DNA of 64,000 nt from Pseudomonadota bacterium (GTDB lineage Archaea > Thermoplasmatota > SW-10-69-26 > JACQPN01 > JAJPHT01), in NCBI GenBank assembly GCA_021325135.1, contig JAJPHT010000019.1, positions 1 to 64,000 on the forward strand, in the 5' to 3' direction. Below, one piece after another: positions 1 to 8,636 of the stretch. The translations under genes and the position numbers were made by a program. Numbering within the stretch: the first letter of the stretch is position 1; every line of letters starts with the position of its first letter. Below the pieces are notes generated by a model, which was not told the origin of the DNA, searched no databases, and was given only the letters and a program-made list of their open reading frames with translations.

Positions 1-296
1 ATCACGAGGTTGCTCGGATCGACGGCGCGGGGCTTCTGGGTCGCGTCGGCCTTGGTGACCGTGACGCCATCCACCGTGACCTTGCCAGAGCGCGTGTTGA
101 CCTCGAGAACCTTGCCCGAAGTGCCGGCGTACTCGCCGCGCATGACGCGGACGGTGTCGCCCACGCGCAGCGTCGCGCTGCGCGTGTTGTACTTCAGGAG
201 CAGAGGCTCGTCGAGGTGGCTGGCGATGCGGGCGCGGCGCTCGTGCACCGGCGCGTTGTGGAGCGCCTTGCGCTCCTTCCTCGGTTGCGTGGACAA
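1..296 (-). CDS. rpl24: 50S ribosomal protein L24 (uL24), runs off the window edge
   Basis: Minus-strand translation (M)STQPRKERKALHNAPVHERRARIASHLDEPLLLKYNTRSATLRVGDTVRVMRGEYAG has a KOW motif and follows L14. TTG start lies 5 nt after GAGGTGA; alternative GTG at 305. Not in the supplied ORF track. Confidence 0.9.
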   Translation of the reverse strand, partial: MSTQPRKERKALHNAPVHERRARIASHLDEPLLLKYNTRSATLRVGDTVRVMRGEYAGTSGKVLEVNTRSGKVTVDGVTVTKADATQKPRAVDPSNLV

Positions 297-306
297 CTTG
301 GTCACC

Positions 307-705
307 TCAGACGATCTGGCTGGCGGTCGCCGCGATGCGCGGCCACCGCTCGGCAGCCTCGCGGGCCACGGGGCCCTTGATGTCGCTGCCCTTGGTCTCA
401 CCGTTGGGCGCCACGATGACGGCCGCGTTGTCCTCGAACTGGACCCACGTGCCATCGGGGCGTCGGAACGGGCGCTTCTGGCGGACGATCACGGCGTTGA
501 GCACCTGTCGCCGCATCTCGGGCGTGCCCTTCTTGACGCTCACCACGAGGTAGTCGCCGACGCCGCCGGCGTTGACGCGCTTGTGGTGCGCGCCCGCGCG
601 GGGGACAGCGATGATGCTGACCTCCTTCGCGCCGGAGTTGTCGATGCAGTCGAGGCGGGCCCCGAGGGGCAGGCCGCGGGTCTGACGTCCCGCAAGTCCC
701 TTCAT
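307..705 (-). CDS. rpl14: 50S ribosomal protein L14 (uL14)
   Basis: [53 protein letters not shown] at 705 overlaps the S17 stop (ATGA), with GGAGG upstream. Confidence 0.97.
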   Translation of the reverse strand: MKGLAGRQTRGLPLGARLDCIDNSGAKEVSIIAVPRAGAHHKRVNAGGVGDYLVVSVKKGTPEMRRQVLNAVIVRQKRPFRRPDGTWVQFEDNAAVIVAPNGETKGSDIKGPVAREAAERWPRIAATASQIV

Positions 706-1112
706 TCTGAAACCTCCTTGTTCTTCTCCGCGCCGGCACCCTTGCCGGCGAGGCTCGCATCGTCGCCCGCGAGCCTCAGCTGGCCGCGCTTCGCCTCGAT
801 GACGACGAAGCTGACGGTCTTGCTCAGCGGGCGGCATTCCATGATCTTCACGTGGTCCCCGACCTGCACGTTGATGCAGGGGGGCGCGTGGACGTTGTAG
901 CTGCTCGTGCGCTTCTCGTACCGCTCGTACTTGGGCACGTAGCGCAGGTATTCGCGCTGGACGCGCGCGGAGCGCTCCATGCGCGTGCTGACGACCTGGC
1001 CCTCGATGAGCTGGCCGCGCACGGAGAAGCCTCCGTGGAAGGGGCAGTGGGGATCCGCGCAGTCCGCCTGGGGCGCCTGCACGTCCACGCCGATGTCTCT
1101 CGCCTTCGCCAT
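702..1112 (-). CDS. rps17: 30S ribosomal protein S17 (uS17)
   Basis: DPHCPFHG...[29 protein letters not shown]. Confidence 0.97.
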   Translation of the reverse strand: MAKARDIGVDVQAPQADCADPHCPFHGGFSVRGQLIEGQVVSTRMERSARVQREYLRYVPKYERYEKRTSSYNVHAPPCINVQVGDHVKIMECRPLSKTVSFVVIEAKRGQLRLAGDDASLAGKGAGAEKNKEVSE

Positions 1113-1119
1113 GGTGATA

Positions 1120-1404
1120 TCACCTCAATATCTTCTTGGTCCTGTCTTCCGGTCGGAATTGGATGTCGTTGCCGCGGACGGCCATGCGCACATCCCCCAC
1201 GCGGAAGGTGAAGCCCTGGCCCGCTTTCGGGACCAGGACCTCGCGACCCGAGGCCGTCTCCACGAGGAATGTGTTCATCGTCTCGTCCCTGACCGTTCCC
1301 GAGAGGCCGTCCCATCCCGCGTGGCGGGAATCGACGGCGACCTCGAGCCCGATGAGCTCGCGACGCGCGACGTCTGCTGCTTCCTTCTTACTTGAACTCC
1401 GCAT
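1120..1404 (-). CDS. rnp1: Ribonuclease P protein subunit Rpp29 (P1)
   Basis: ELIGLEVAV...GLSGTVRDETMNTF...VPK...F.F...RPEDR; canonical position between SUI1 and S17. Confidence 0.92.
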   Translation of the reverse strand: MRSSSKKEAADVARRELIGLEVAVDSRHAGWDGLSGTVRDETMNTFLVETASGREVLVPKAGQGFTFRVGDVRMAVRGNDIQFRPEDRTKKILR

Positions 1405-1687
1405 TGAAGCCCATCCGCTCGAGGACCTGCTTGACCTTCGTCTTGTGGTCGCCCTGCAGCTCGATCGTGCCGTTCTTGGCCGTACCGCCGCAGGCGCAGG
1501 CGCCCTTGAGCTCCGAGCAAAGGCTGTTCACGTCGATGTCGCCGACGTTGATCCCGTCCACGATGGTCACCATCTTCCCGTATCGGCGGGCGACGGTGTA
1601 GATCTGGATCTCCTGCTGCTCGCGGGCGATCTCCTCGCAGACGCAGATCTCCTTGGGGAGTCCGCAGACGTCACACATTTGGCTCAT
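1388..1687 (-). CDS. sui1: Translation initiation factor SUI1 / aIF-1
   Basis: CDVCGLPKEICVCEEIARE, RRYGKMVTIVDG, LKGACACGGT, IELQGDH. Confidence 0.96.
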   Translation of the reverse strand: MSQMCDVCGLPKEICVCEEIAREQQEIQIYTVARRYGKMVTIVDGINVGDIDVNSLCSELKGACACGGTAKNGTIELQGDHKTKVKQVLERMGFNAEFK

Positions 1688-1709
1688 GGATTCGGTTGTC
1701 CTCCTGAGG

Positions 1710-1910
1710 TCACGCCTCGCGGCGCGCCTCCTCGTTCTCGATGGTCAGGATGCGCGCGATGGTCGTCCGCAGCTTGCGGATCTCGCCGGGGTTCGCGGGA
1801 GCGCCACCCATGGCGGCCACGCCACGCGCGTTCATGAGCGCGTCGCGGGTCTCCTTGAGCTTCGCCGCCCGATCCGTCGGGGAGAGGGCACGCAGTTCGC
1901 TGGTCTTCAT
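1710..1910 (-). CDS. rpl29: 50S ribosomal protein L29 (uL29)
   Basis: KTSELRALS...GGAPANPGEIRKLRTTIARILTIENE. Confidence 0.96.
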   Translation of the reverse strand: MKTSELRALSPTDRAAKLKETRDALMNARGVAAMGGAPANPGEIRKLRTTIARILTIENEEARREA

Positions 1911-1916
1911 TCGCTA

Positions 1917-2921
1917 TCACTTCCGGAGCTTCTTCAGCTCGTCCTTGATCTTGAGCGCGAGCTTGGGGCCGATGCCCTCGACCGCGCCGATGTCGTCCAC
2001 GCTGGCCTCGTCGAGGTCCGCGATGGTCTCGAAGCCGGCGGCCTTGAGCGCCTCGGCCTTCTTGGGGCCGATGCCGGGCACGTCGGTGACCGAGCCCTCG
2101 AGCTTGCCCGCGGGGGCCGCCTCGGGGGCGGCCTCGGGGGCGGGCGTCGGGCGCGGGGGCGCCATGGGCTTGTTCACGGGGGCCTGGCCGTACATGCCGG
2201 TGGTGAGGCCGGCGACCTGGCCCTTCTTCTCGTGGCCGCGGCCCTGGGCGGTGATGCCGGGGGCCTGCTCGCGGGGAGCCTCCTGGACGGGCGCCGCGGG
2301 AGCGGAGCCCGCGCCCTTCGTGCCGCCGTGGATGTCGACCTCGTCGGGGAGGACGCTGCCAGGGGGCATGATGGCGACGCTGCAGCCGATGATGCCGAGC
2401 TTCTTCTTCGCCGTCGCGTAGCCGTAGGTCATCTGCGTGAGCGCGGTGTCGCCGCACCACTTGATGTGGCCCTCGAGGAACTTCTCGGTCCTCTTGCGGC
2501 CGCCGGTCAGCTTGCCCGCGATGGTGATGAGGACGCCCTTGGCGCCCGAGTCCATGATGCGGCGAAGCGTGCTGTGGCCCGCGCGGCGGAAGTGCCAGCC
2601 GCGCTCCAGGGCCTCGGCGAGCTTCTGCGCCATGATCTGCGGGTTGAGCGAGGGGTCGCTGGCCTCGTTGACCTCGATCTGGGGGTTGTCCAGGCCGAAG
2701 CGCTCGTTGAGGTTCTTGGTCAGCTTCTTGATCGTCTCGCCGCGGCGTCCGATGACGAAGCCGGGGCGCTCCGTGACGAGGGCGATGCGGGTGCCCATGG
2801 GCGTGCGCGTGATCTCCGCGCCGCCGAAGCCGGCCCGCTCGGTCTCGCGGTGGAGGTACTCGCGGACGGCCACGCGCTTCTTGTGCTCCTTGATCAGCTT
2901 GCGTTCGACCGCCAAAGTCAC
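1917..2921 (-). CDS. rps3: 30S ribosomal protein S3 (uS3) with C-terminal Pro/Ala linker and HhH domain
   Basis: KH domain RPGFVIGRRGETIK, LERGWHFRRAGH, IAGKLTGGR; C-terminal tandem VPGIGPKKA / VEGIGPKLA motifs. Confidence 0.96.
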   Translation of the reverse strand: MTLAVERKLIKEHKKRVAVREYLHRETERAGFGGAEITRTPMGTRIALVTERPGFVIGRRGETIKKLTKNLNERFGLDNPQIEVNEASDPSLNPQIMAQKLAEALERGWHFRRAGHSTLRRIMDSGAKGVLITIAGKLTGGRKRTEKFLEGHIKWCGDTALTQMTYGYATAKKKLGIIGCSVAIMPPGSVLPDEVDIHGGTKGAGSAPAAPVQEAPREQAPGITAQGRGHEKKGQVAGLTTGMYGQAPVNKPMAPPRPTPAPEAAPEAAPAGKLEGSVTDVPGIGPKKAEALKAAGFETIADLDEASVDDIGAVEGIGPKLALKIKDELKKLRK

Positions 2922-3400
2922 TCCTCCGCCTTGCCTTCCTTCTCCTCGCTCTCGTTCTTGAGCACGATCTCGATGTGGCTCGTGCTCTTGTCCCAGGCCG
3001 TGGCGCGGCCCTGGGCGCGAGGCATCGTGCCGGGGATCGGCGCGCCGCGGTGGGCCGCCGCGTGCCAGACGTACATCTTCTCCGGGTCCAGGCCCTTGTA
3101 CTCGGCGTTGGACGCGGCATCGTTGAGGATGCGCAGCGTCGCGCGCGCGACGTTCACGGGGTACTGGCCGGGGCCGATGCCGCCGGCCCGGTGCTTGACC
3201 TGCCGCTTGTGCACGCGGAAGGGGACCGCGGCCTTCAGCTCCACGACGTCCTCAAGGAACGCGCGGGCCTGCTTGACCGACTTCCCCTTGATCGCCTTGC
3301 ACACGTTGACGGCGAACTTGGGCTTGACAGGGATCTCCCGACCGGCGGCCTTCGAGGTCGTCTCGGGGTCCACGTTCTGTGCCGCATATCCGTAAGCCAT
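2918..3400 (-). CDS. rpl22: 50S ribosomal protein L22 (uL22)
   Basis: AVPFRVHKRQVKHR, GQYPV, NAEYKGLD, PRAQGRAT, SHIEIVL. Confidence 0.97.
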   Translation of the reverse strand: MAYGYAAQNVDPETTSKAAGREIPVKPKFAVNVCKAIKGKSVKQARAFLEDVVELKAAVPFRVHKRQVKHRAGGIGPGQYPVNVARATLRILNDAASNAEYKGLDPEKMYVWHAAAHRGAPIPGTMPRAQGRATAWDKSTSHIEIVLKNESEEKEGKAEE

Positions 3401-3411
3401 GTGGTTTCACC

Positions 3412-3876
3412 TCACTTCAGCGGCATGAACTTGGACGACCGGGTGGCGCCGACGCCAGGGCCCGTGTGCTTCACGGACTTGCGCGTCTGGGCGAACTCGC
3501 CCAGCTTGTGCCCGATCATTTCGGTCGTGATGCCGATCTTCTGGAACTCCTTGCCGTTGTGGATGTGGACGAGCTTGCCCACCATCTGCGGGATGACGGG
3601 GAAGTCGCGCAGGTGCGTGCGCAGCTCCTCGCCGTCGCCGGCGGCCTTGACCTTCTCGAAGAAGACCTGCGTGTCGTGGTCGAGCTGGCGCCCGAAGAAG
3701 CGGCGGCTCCGGCTCGGCATGAGCTGGAGCTGCTGCTCGAAGGGCAGGGCCAGGATGTCCTTGATGGACTGGCCGCGGTAGAGGAACTCCACCTGGCGGC
3801 GCGTGTCGACGGCCATCTTCTTCTTGCGCTGGCGACGGGTCGTCGCGTTGGACTTGGGTTGGGGCTTGTCTGCCAT
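3412..3876 (-). CDS. rps19: 30S ribosomal protein S19 (uS19)
   Basis: RTHLRD, HNGKEF, EMIGHKLGEF, PGVGATRSSKFMPLK. Confidence 0.97.
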   Translation of the reverse strand: MADKPQPKSNATTRRQRKKKMAVDTRRQVEFLYRGQSIKDILALPFEQQLQLMPSRSRRFFGRQLDHDTQVFFEKVKAAGDGEELRTHLRDFPVIPQMVGKLVHIHNGKEFQKIGITTEMIGHKLGEFAQTRKSVKHTGPGVGATRSSKFMPLK

Positions 3877-3882
3877 GTTTCA

Positions 3883-4596
3883 TCACCCCTTCTTGAGACC
3901 CGTGCGGCGGGCCGCGATGTGACCGACGTTGCGGCCGGGGGGCGTGCCGCGCTTGAGCGTCGTGGGCTTGCCTTCCTTGCGGTGCGCGTTGCCTCCGCCG
4001 TGGGGGTGGTCCACGGGGTTCTTGGCGACGCCGCGCACGCGCGGGAAGAGGTTGCCCTTGGAGCGGTACTTGTGGGCCACCTTGCCGGCCTTGGCCAGCG
4101 GCTTGTCGCCGCGGCCGCCGCCCGCCGTGACGCCGATGGTGGCGCGGCAGGAGGGGTGGAACTGCTTGAACTGGCCCGAAGGCATGCGCAGCGTGACGCG
4201 CCCCTGCTCGCGGGACACGACGAACGCGGCGGTGCCGGCGGCGCGGACGAACTTGCCGCCATCGCCCGGCTGGCCCTCGACGTTGTAGACGGGAGTACCC
4301 TCGGGGATCGCGTGCAGGTAGGCCAGGTTGCCGGGCTTGATGTCGCTCGTCGTGAACGCGATCTGCTGCCCGACGGAGATGCCCTCCGCCGCGATGACGT
4401 GGTAGGTGGAGCCGTCGCCAGCACGGACCTCGGCCACCGGAGCGCTGCGGCCGGGAGCGTGGACGATGTCCACGACCTCCGCGGTCGTGTTGCTCGGGAC
4501 CTTGGGGTGCTTTGCGGGCCCCAGGTGCCGGTGACCCGGCGACATGTGGACCGGGGACGCCTTGCCCCGGCGCTGCGTGATGAGACGCTTGCCCAT
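3883..4596 (-). CDS. rpl2: 50S ribosomal protein L2 (uL2)
   Basis: MGKRLITQRRGK, DGGKFVRAAG, PRVRGVAKNPVDHPHGGG, GHIAARRTG. Confidence 0.98.
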   Translation of the reverse strand: MGKRLITQRRGKASPVHMSPGHRHLGPAKHPKVPSNTTAEVVDIVHAPGRSAPVAEVRAGDGSTYHVIAAEGISVGQQIAFTTSDIKPGNLAYLHAIPEGTPVYNVEGQPGDGGKFVRAAGTAAFVVSREQGRVTLRMPSGQFKQFHPSCRATIGVTAGGGRGDKPLAKAGKVAHKYRSKGNLFPRVRGVAKNPVDHPHGGGNAHRKEGKPTTLKRGTPPGRNVGHIAARRTGLKKG

Positions 4597-4605
4597 TCGT
4601 TCACC

Positions 4606-4875
4606 TCAGAAGATTCCGATCCTGGTGCCGATGTCCTCGGCCTTGACGCCTTCCGCGAAGCGGACGACGGCGTGCTTCTGGCCATCGGTGCCGATCTTGG
4701 TGTTGACGCTCGCGACCTGGGTCGAGAAGAGCTCCTCGACGGCCTTCTTGATCGCGGGCTTGGTCGCCGTGCGGCGCACGACGAACTCGAGCTTGTTGTC
4801 GCGCTCCATGCTGCCCATCGTCTTCTCAGTGACGAAGGGGTGGAGAATGACGTCGTAGGGGGTGGAGTGGACCAC
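4606..4875 (-). CDS. rpl23: 50S ribosomal protein L23 (uL23)
   Basis: HPFVTEKT, NKLEFVV, IKKAVEELF, VNT. Confidence 0.96.
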   Translation of the reverse strand: MVHSTPYDVILHPFVTEKTMGSMERDNKLEFVVRRTATKPAIKKAVEELFSTQVASVNTKIGTDGQKHAVVRFAEGVKAEDIGTRIGIF

Positions 4876-5637
4876 TTACATCGCCTCCAGGGCGTTGAGC
4901 GCGCTCTTGGTGAAGACGACGAGGCGGCCCGCGTCGCCGCCGGGGGCGACGAGCTCGGTGGAGAGCATCTCGGGGGTCGCGACGTCGACGCCGGTCAGGT
5001 TCTTGGCCGCGGTGAGGACCGGGGCCTCGAGGCCGGACACGACGAAGAGGATCGACTTGGGCGTGCGGTAGCGGCGGCCGCGCATCTTGCCGCGGCCCGC
5101 GCGCTGGTGCTTGCCCTCGTCCGCGCGGACGAGGTCGTCGCCCACGCCGACGGCGTCCAGCGCCGCCACGAGGTCCTTCGTCTTCTCGATGGCCTCGACC
5201 TCGTCGTCCAGGACGACGGGGAGCGTGAGGCCCTCCTTGAACTGGTGGCCGCGGGTGCGCACGGCGTCCTCGTTGGCGGTGGCGCCAAGGGCGGAGGCGC
5301 GCGCGAGGGCGCGCTCCTTCTTGTTGCACTTCTCGGACCAGTTCTTCTCGACGCGGGGCGGGTGGGCGCGGCGGCCGCCGACGACCGCGGGGGAGAACAC
5401 GGCGTTCCCGCCCTGGGTCGCGCGGGGCACGCGCGAGATGCCCTGGCCCGAGCGCACGGAGTGCTCGGGCTTGTGGCCCGCCAGCGGCGTGGGGCCGTAG
5501 GCCTGGCGGCGGTTGGCCTGCGCGGAGTTGACGGCCTTGCGGATGACGTCGGGACGGAACTCCGTCTCGAAGATGCCGGGAAGCTCGACCTCGCCGTTGG
5601 CGGCGCCCGTCTTGCTGTAGATGTTGACCTTGACCAT
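4876..5637 (-). CDS. rpl4: 50S ribosomal protein L4 (uL4)
   Basis: RPDVIRKAV, GQGISRVPR, GGRRAHPPR, RAGRGKMRGRRY, LVAPGGDAGRL; start reassigned to ATG 5637. Confidence 0.96.
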   Translation of the reverse strand: MVKVNIYSKTGAANGEVELPGIFETEFRPDVIRKAVNSAQANRRQAYGPTPLAGHKPEHSVRSGQGISRVPRATQGGNAVFSPAVVGGRRAHPPRVEKNWSEKCNKKERALARASALGATANEDAVRTRGHQFKEGLTLPVVLDDEVEAIEKTKDLVAALDAVGVGDDLVRADEGKHQRAGRGKMRGRRYRTPKSILFVVSGLEAPVLTAAKNLTGVDVATPEMLSTELVAPGGDAGRLVVFTKSALNALEAM

Positions 5638-5642
5638 CGATA

Positions 5643-6635
5643 TCACCGACCCTGCTTGCTGGCGGTGCTGACGTAGGCGATCTGGGGCTCCGCGATCTCG
5701 ATGCCGCGCGTGTAGCGGGCCGCCTCTCGGAGGCGGATGAGGCGCTTGGTGGGGCCCGGGATGCTGCCGTGGAGCAGGATGTAGTTGTTCCGCACGACGC
5801 CGTAGTGGAGGAAGCCGCCGGCGGGCGTGATCTCCGCGCCGTCGGTGCCGACCTTCAGGATGCGCTTGTTGTACTCCGTGCGGTTGTGGTAGCCCATCTG
5901 GCCGGGCATGGGGACCTTCATGGCGCGGATGAAGCGCGGCTGGAAGGGGCCCAGGGGGCTGGCGTCGCGGCGGTTCTTGCTGTCCTTGTGGCCCTGGAGC
6001 TTGACGCCCCAGCGCGGGACGGCGCCCTTGAAGCCGTGGCCCTTGGTCACGGCCGCCACGTCGATCATCTGGCCGACGTTGGTGAAGTCCGCGATGGTGA
6101 GCTCCTTGCCGAGCTTCTCGGTGGCGAACGCGATGCGCGCGGCGACGTCGCCGCCGCCCACGCGCAGCTCCATGATCTCGGGCGTCTTGCGCGGGACGCC
6201 GGTCACGAGCTTGGGCTGCGTGTACGCGAGGAGGCGCACGTCGTCGACCTTGGCCGCATCCGCCGCGAAGGCCTTGGGAGCCTTGGGGACGGGGAGGCGG
6301 GCGCCGAGGCGCTTGTCCGTCTCCGCGGCCCACTGCTCGCCCAGCGTGCGGAGGCCGTAGGGCGTCTCGCGGTAGTAGCGCACCGCGGCGACCTTCATCG
6401 GGGGGACCTCGACGACGGTGACGGGGACGGTGACCTCCTGGCCGGAGGTGAGCGACTCGGGGCGGTAGTCGGTGACGACCGCGTGAGTCATGCCCGCCTT
6501 GTAGCCCGCGAAGCCCTGGATCTTCGGCGCGTCTCCGCCGACCGGCCAGGACGTCATGCGGGGAACCTGGCTGTTCGCGCGGACGCGCGGCGAATAGCCT
6601 TTCGAACCCTTCTTTGGTCTGTGGGGCTGGCCCAT
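5643..6635 (-). CDS. rpl3: 50S ribosomal protein L3 (uL3)
   Basis: GFAGYKAGMTH, TKGHGFKG, GQMGYHNRTEYNK, GSIPGP; SD AAGGAGG upstream. Confidence 0.98.
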   Translation of the reverse strand: MGQPHRPKKGSKGYSPRVRANSQVPRMTSWPVGGDAPKIQGFAGYKAGMTHAVVTDYRPESLTSGQEVTVPVTVVEVPPMKVAAVRYYRETPYGLRTLGEQWAAETDKRLGARLPVPKAPKAFAADAAKVDDVRLLAYTQPKLVTGVPRKTPEIMELRVGGGDVAARIAFATEKLGKELTIADFTNVGQMIDVAAVTKGHGFKGAVPRWGVKLQGHKDSKNRRDASPLGPFQPRFIRAMKVPMPGQMGYHNRTEYNKRILKVGTDGAEITPAGGFLHYGVVRNNYILLHGSIPGPTKRLIRLREAARYTRGIEIAEPQIAYVSTASKQGR

Positions 6636-6935
6636 GGTATCTTCCTCCTTGAGCGGTCCGTCTCCAGGCCGTTCCGAGTTGCGCGCTCGAAGCGTTCTGT
6701 TGGCGAATCCGGAGCCCCTTGGACTCCTGATATCAGCGAACGGGCCGAAGCCCGTTCTTCATCCAACCGTGACGTCTCCTTCGACGATCATCCCGCCGGG
6801 CGAGCCCGGGAGAGACCGTCGAGCGCGGGGTTCCGCGAGAGCGGACAGCACCGGAGTGCATGCCTCGAACCGGAGTTCGGAGTCCGTTCCTGGTTGCGGA
6901 TTGCCCCTCGCGTCTGGTCTGGACTACTCAGGGTG
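6636..6935 (-). ncRNA. Candidate structured 5' leader of the ribosomal-protein operon
   Basis: ~300 nt with no credible ORF between the TATA-like box and rpl3. Long-range closing stem (6921-6930 with 6650-6659), cUUCGg hairpin (6738-6757) and further hairpins. Confidence 0.55.
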
Positions 6936-6957
6936 TAGGCCGGCCAAGAGGGCGGTA

Positions 6958-6966
6958 GTATATGAA
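6958..6966 (-). promoter_or_regulatory. Putative TATA box of the ribosomal-protein operon
   Basis: TTCATATAC preceded by CCAAACC; the main AT-rich patch upstream of the leader. Confidence 0.5.
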
Positions 6967-7089
6967 GGTTTGGTGGCTGGGGCCAAGGGATCGAAGTAAG
7001 CGACTGTGACCAGGCTCCTGCGCAAAGGCGCAACTTTCCAGAGTAGCGCCTTTGGTTCCTGGCTTAGCAAGGGCAAGTTAAAATGAGAC

Positions 7090-7437
7090 TCAGGTGTCCA
7101 CAATGTGCGCTTCGCCGCAGTCGTCAGTGAGCGCGTCGGCGGGGTTGAGTGTATAGTCGACGACAGTCAGTATCAACTCTCGGACGACTTTATTGCAGTT
7201 TTCCAGCTTCATACGATCGAGAAGACTTTCGCCATGAATCATTAGCGCTTCACTCAGTAGAGCGTGAATGAATGATTGCGTGGAAAGGTCAACACTTCGA
7301 AAGTCTACGGTGAAAGCACGCTTAGATTCAGCCAACGGCAGAATGTACTGCTCGCGTAGCATGCGCGCGATGTCTTTATTCTCAGCGAACGCACCCTCAA
7401 TGTAGTCTGCGATTTGGACAGTACGAAGAGAACTCAT
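7090..7437 (-). CDS. STAS-like domain protein (DUF4325-like)
   Basis: FTVDFRSVDLSTQSFIHALL resembles the STAS phospho-Ser loop; ATGA overlap with the upstream ATPase; AT-richer codon use. Confidence 0.75.
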   Translation of the reverse strand: MSSLRTVQIADYIEGAFAENKDIARMLREQYILPLAESKRAFTVDFRSVDLSTQSFIHALLSEALMIHGESLLDRMKLENCNKVVRELILTVVDYTLNPADALTDDCGEAHIVDT

Positions 7438-8417
7438 TCGAAGCGCACCTTCTTAGAGTAGTCACGCTTCTGGGCCTTTCCGCTTGGGAAGATCCGACGA
7501 ATCTGCCCCAACACTTCATTGAACGGCGTCGTTCTCGATACGTTTACATTAAGGCCAACAATCGTACCACGCCAAAACGGAGTCCCCTTTTCCAACCTAT
7601 GATTATCCTTGAGGGGATTCGGTTGGAGAGGTCCCTTGTTGCTCGGATTGAGCCTGTAATAAGCCCCTCCGCTGATGATCCCGAAATGCTGCCGCCCAGT
7701 CCGCGCGATACTCTTCGTGAAAAAGAGGCCAGCGCCGGCGTTCTCTGTGGCTCCTAAGCGGCCGCGGACTGCGCCGGTTGTGCCAGGAAGAAGAGCTACT
7801 GCTAGCGCATCCGCATCGTCTGCTTCCGCAAGTGATGGGTAGTTACGCGTCAGCGTATTGCGAACTCCACGTCCGCAGTCAGCCACACCGATGGCTACGT
7901 ATTGTGGTTTCTTATAATATTGTGCACACGCCACGGCCCCGTTCGTAGCACCGCTGTGCTCCAGAACGTTGCGAACGAGTTCGCTCAAGCAGTAGTTCAA
8001 GGCCTCACGGGGTTCCCGACTAGGGAGATGAAGGAGCGGCACAACGTTGGTCAGAAAGGCATCCATTTCCTTACTTGTTCTGATGCTAGTGAGTTCGATG
8101 AATCGCCCTGCTGGCTCATGCTCAATCATCACATGGTCGGTTTTAATCCCTAGGTAGTCAAAGAGACCTAAGCGGATTGCATACTGGATACCGGGGAGGA
8201 TTGGCCCATCGTAAGTGATCCTCCCACCTGCCTGTCGGACCTCTTGACCCCATGCGGCGAGTTGAGCCAATACGAAAGGCTGGGCATGGACGAGGTTGCT
8301 CTGAGCTTTGAGCACGAACTCTTGGTTGAGATTATCGAAGCAGAAGTTGTTGAGGCGGAGATAATTGTCCATAGTATGCATCGTTGCAGCATTAGGCAAC
8401 CTGATTGTTCGCCTCAT
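7434..8417 (-). CDS. Histidine-kinase-like (HATPase_c/GHKL) ATP-binding protein
   Basis: N-box ELVRNVLEHS, G1 DCGRGV, G2 NAGAGLFF, G3 GTIV; no H-box or TM segment seen; AT-richer codon use. Confidence 0.8.
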   Translation of the reverse strand: MRRTIRLPNAATMHTMDNYLRLNNFCFDNLNQEFVLKAQSNLVHAQPFVLAQLAAWGQEVRQAGGRITYDGPILPGIQYAIRLGLFDYLGIKTDHVMIEHEPAGRFIELTSIRTSKEMDAFLTNVVPLLHLPSREPREALNYCLSELVRNVLEHSGATNGAVACAQYYKKPQYVAIGVADCGRGVRNTLTRNYPSLAEADDADALAVALLPGTTGAVRGRLGATENAGAGLFFTKSIARTGRQHFGIISGGAYYRLNPSNKGPLQPNPLKDNHRLEKGTPFWRGTIVGLNVNVSRTTPFNEVLGQIRRIFPSGKAQKRDYSKKVRFE

Positions 8418-8636
8418 TTAAGCCAACCTCAACATTTCATATATATGATATTTTCTCAAATTTCCCTCGGAACGTCGCGAGGGGCATCCGCGCTACAGAT
8501 TCACCCACGGCCGAGCTAGGAATTCGCCTCCTAGAATTGGATCGGAGGTAGAAGAAGGATCCGGAGGATGCTGACTAATCTTTGGCCAAGCCTAAGTTTG
8601 GCGTCTCCAGTTCACGACCATCTATGGGAGACCAAG

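Noticed and set aside
6636-6940. SRP (7S) RNA as the identity of the ~300-nt structured region
   Set aside because: No helix-8 CAGG-GGAA-AGCA motif or Alu UGUNR motif in proper context on either strand
10-6999. Long plus-strand ORFs over the ribosomal operon (e.g. 1653-3395, 3379-5676)
   Set aside because: Antisense shadows caused by high GC3; the minus-strand genes are unambiguous
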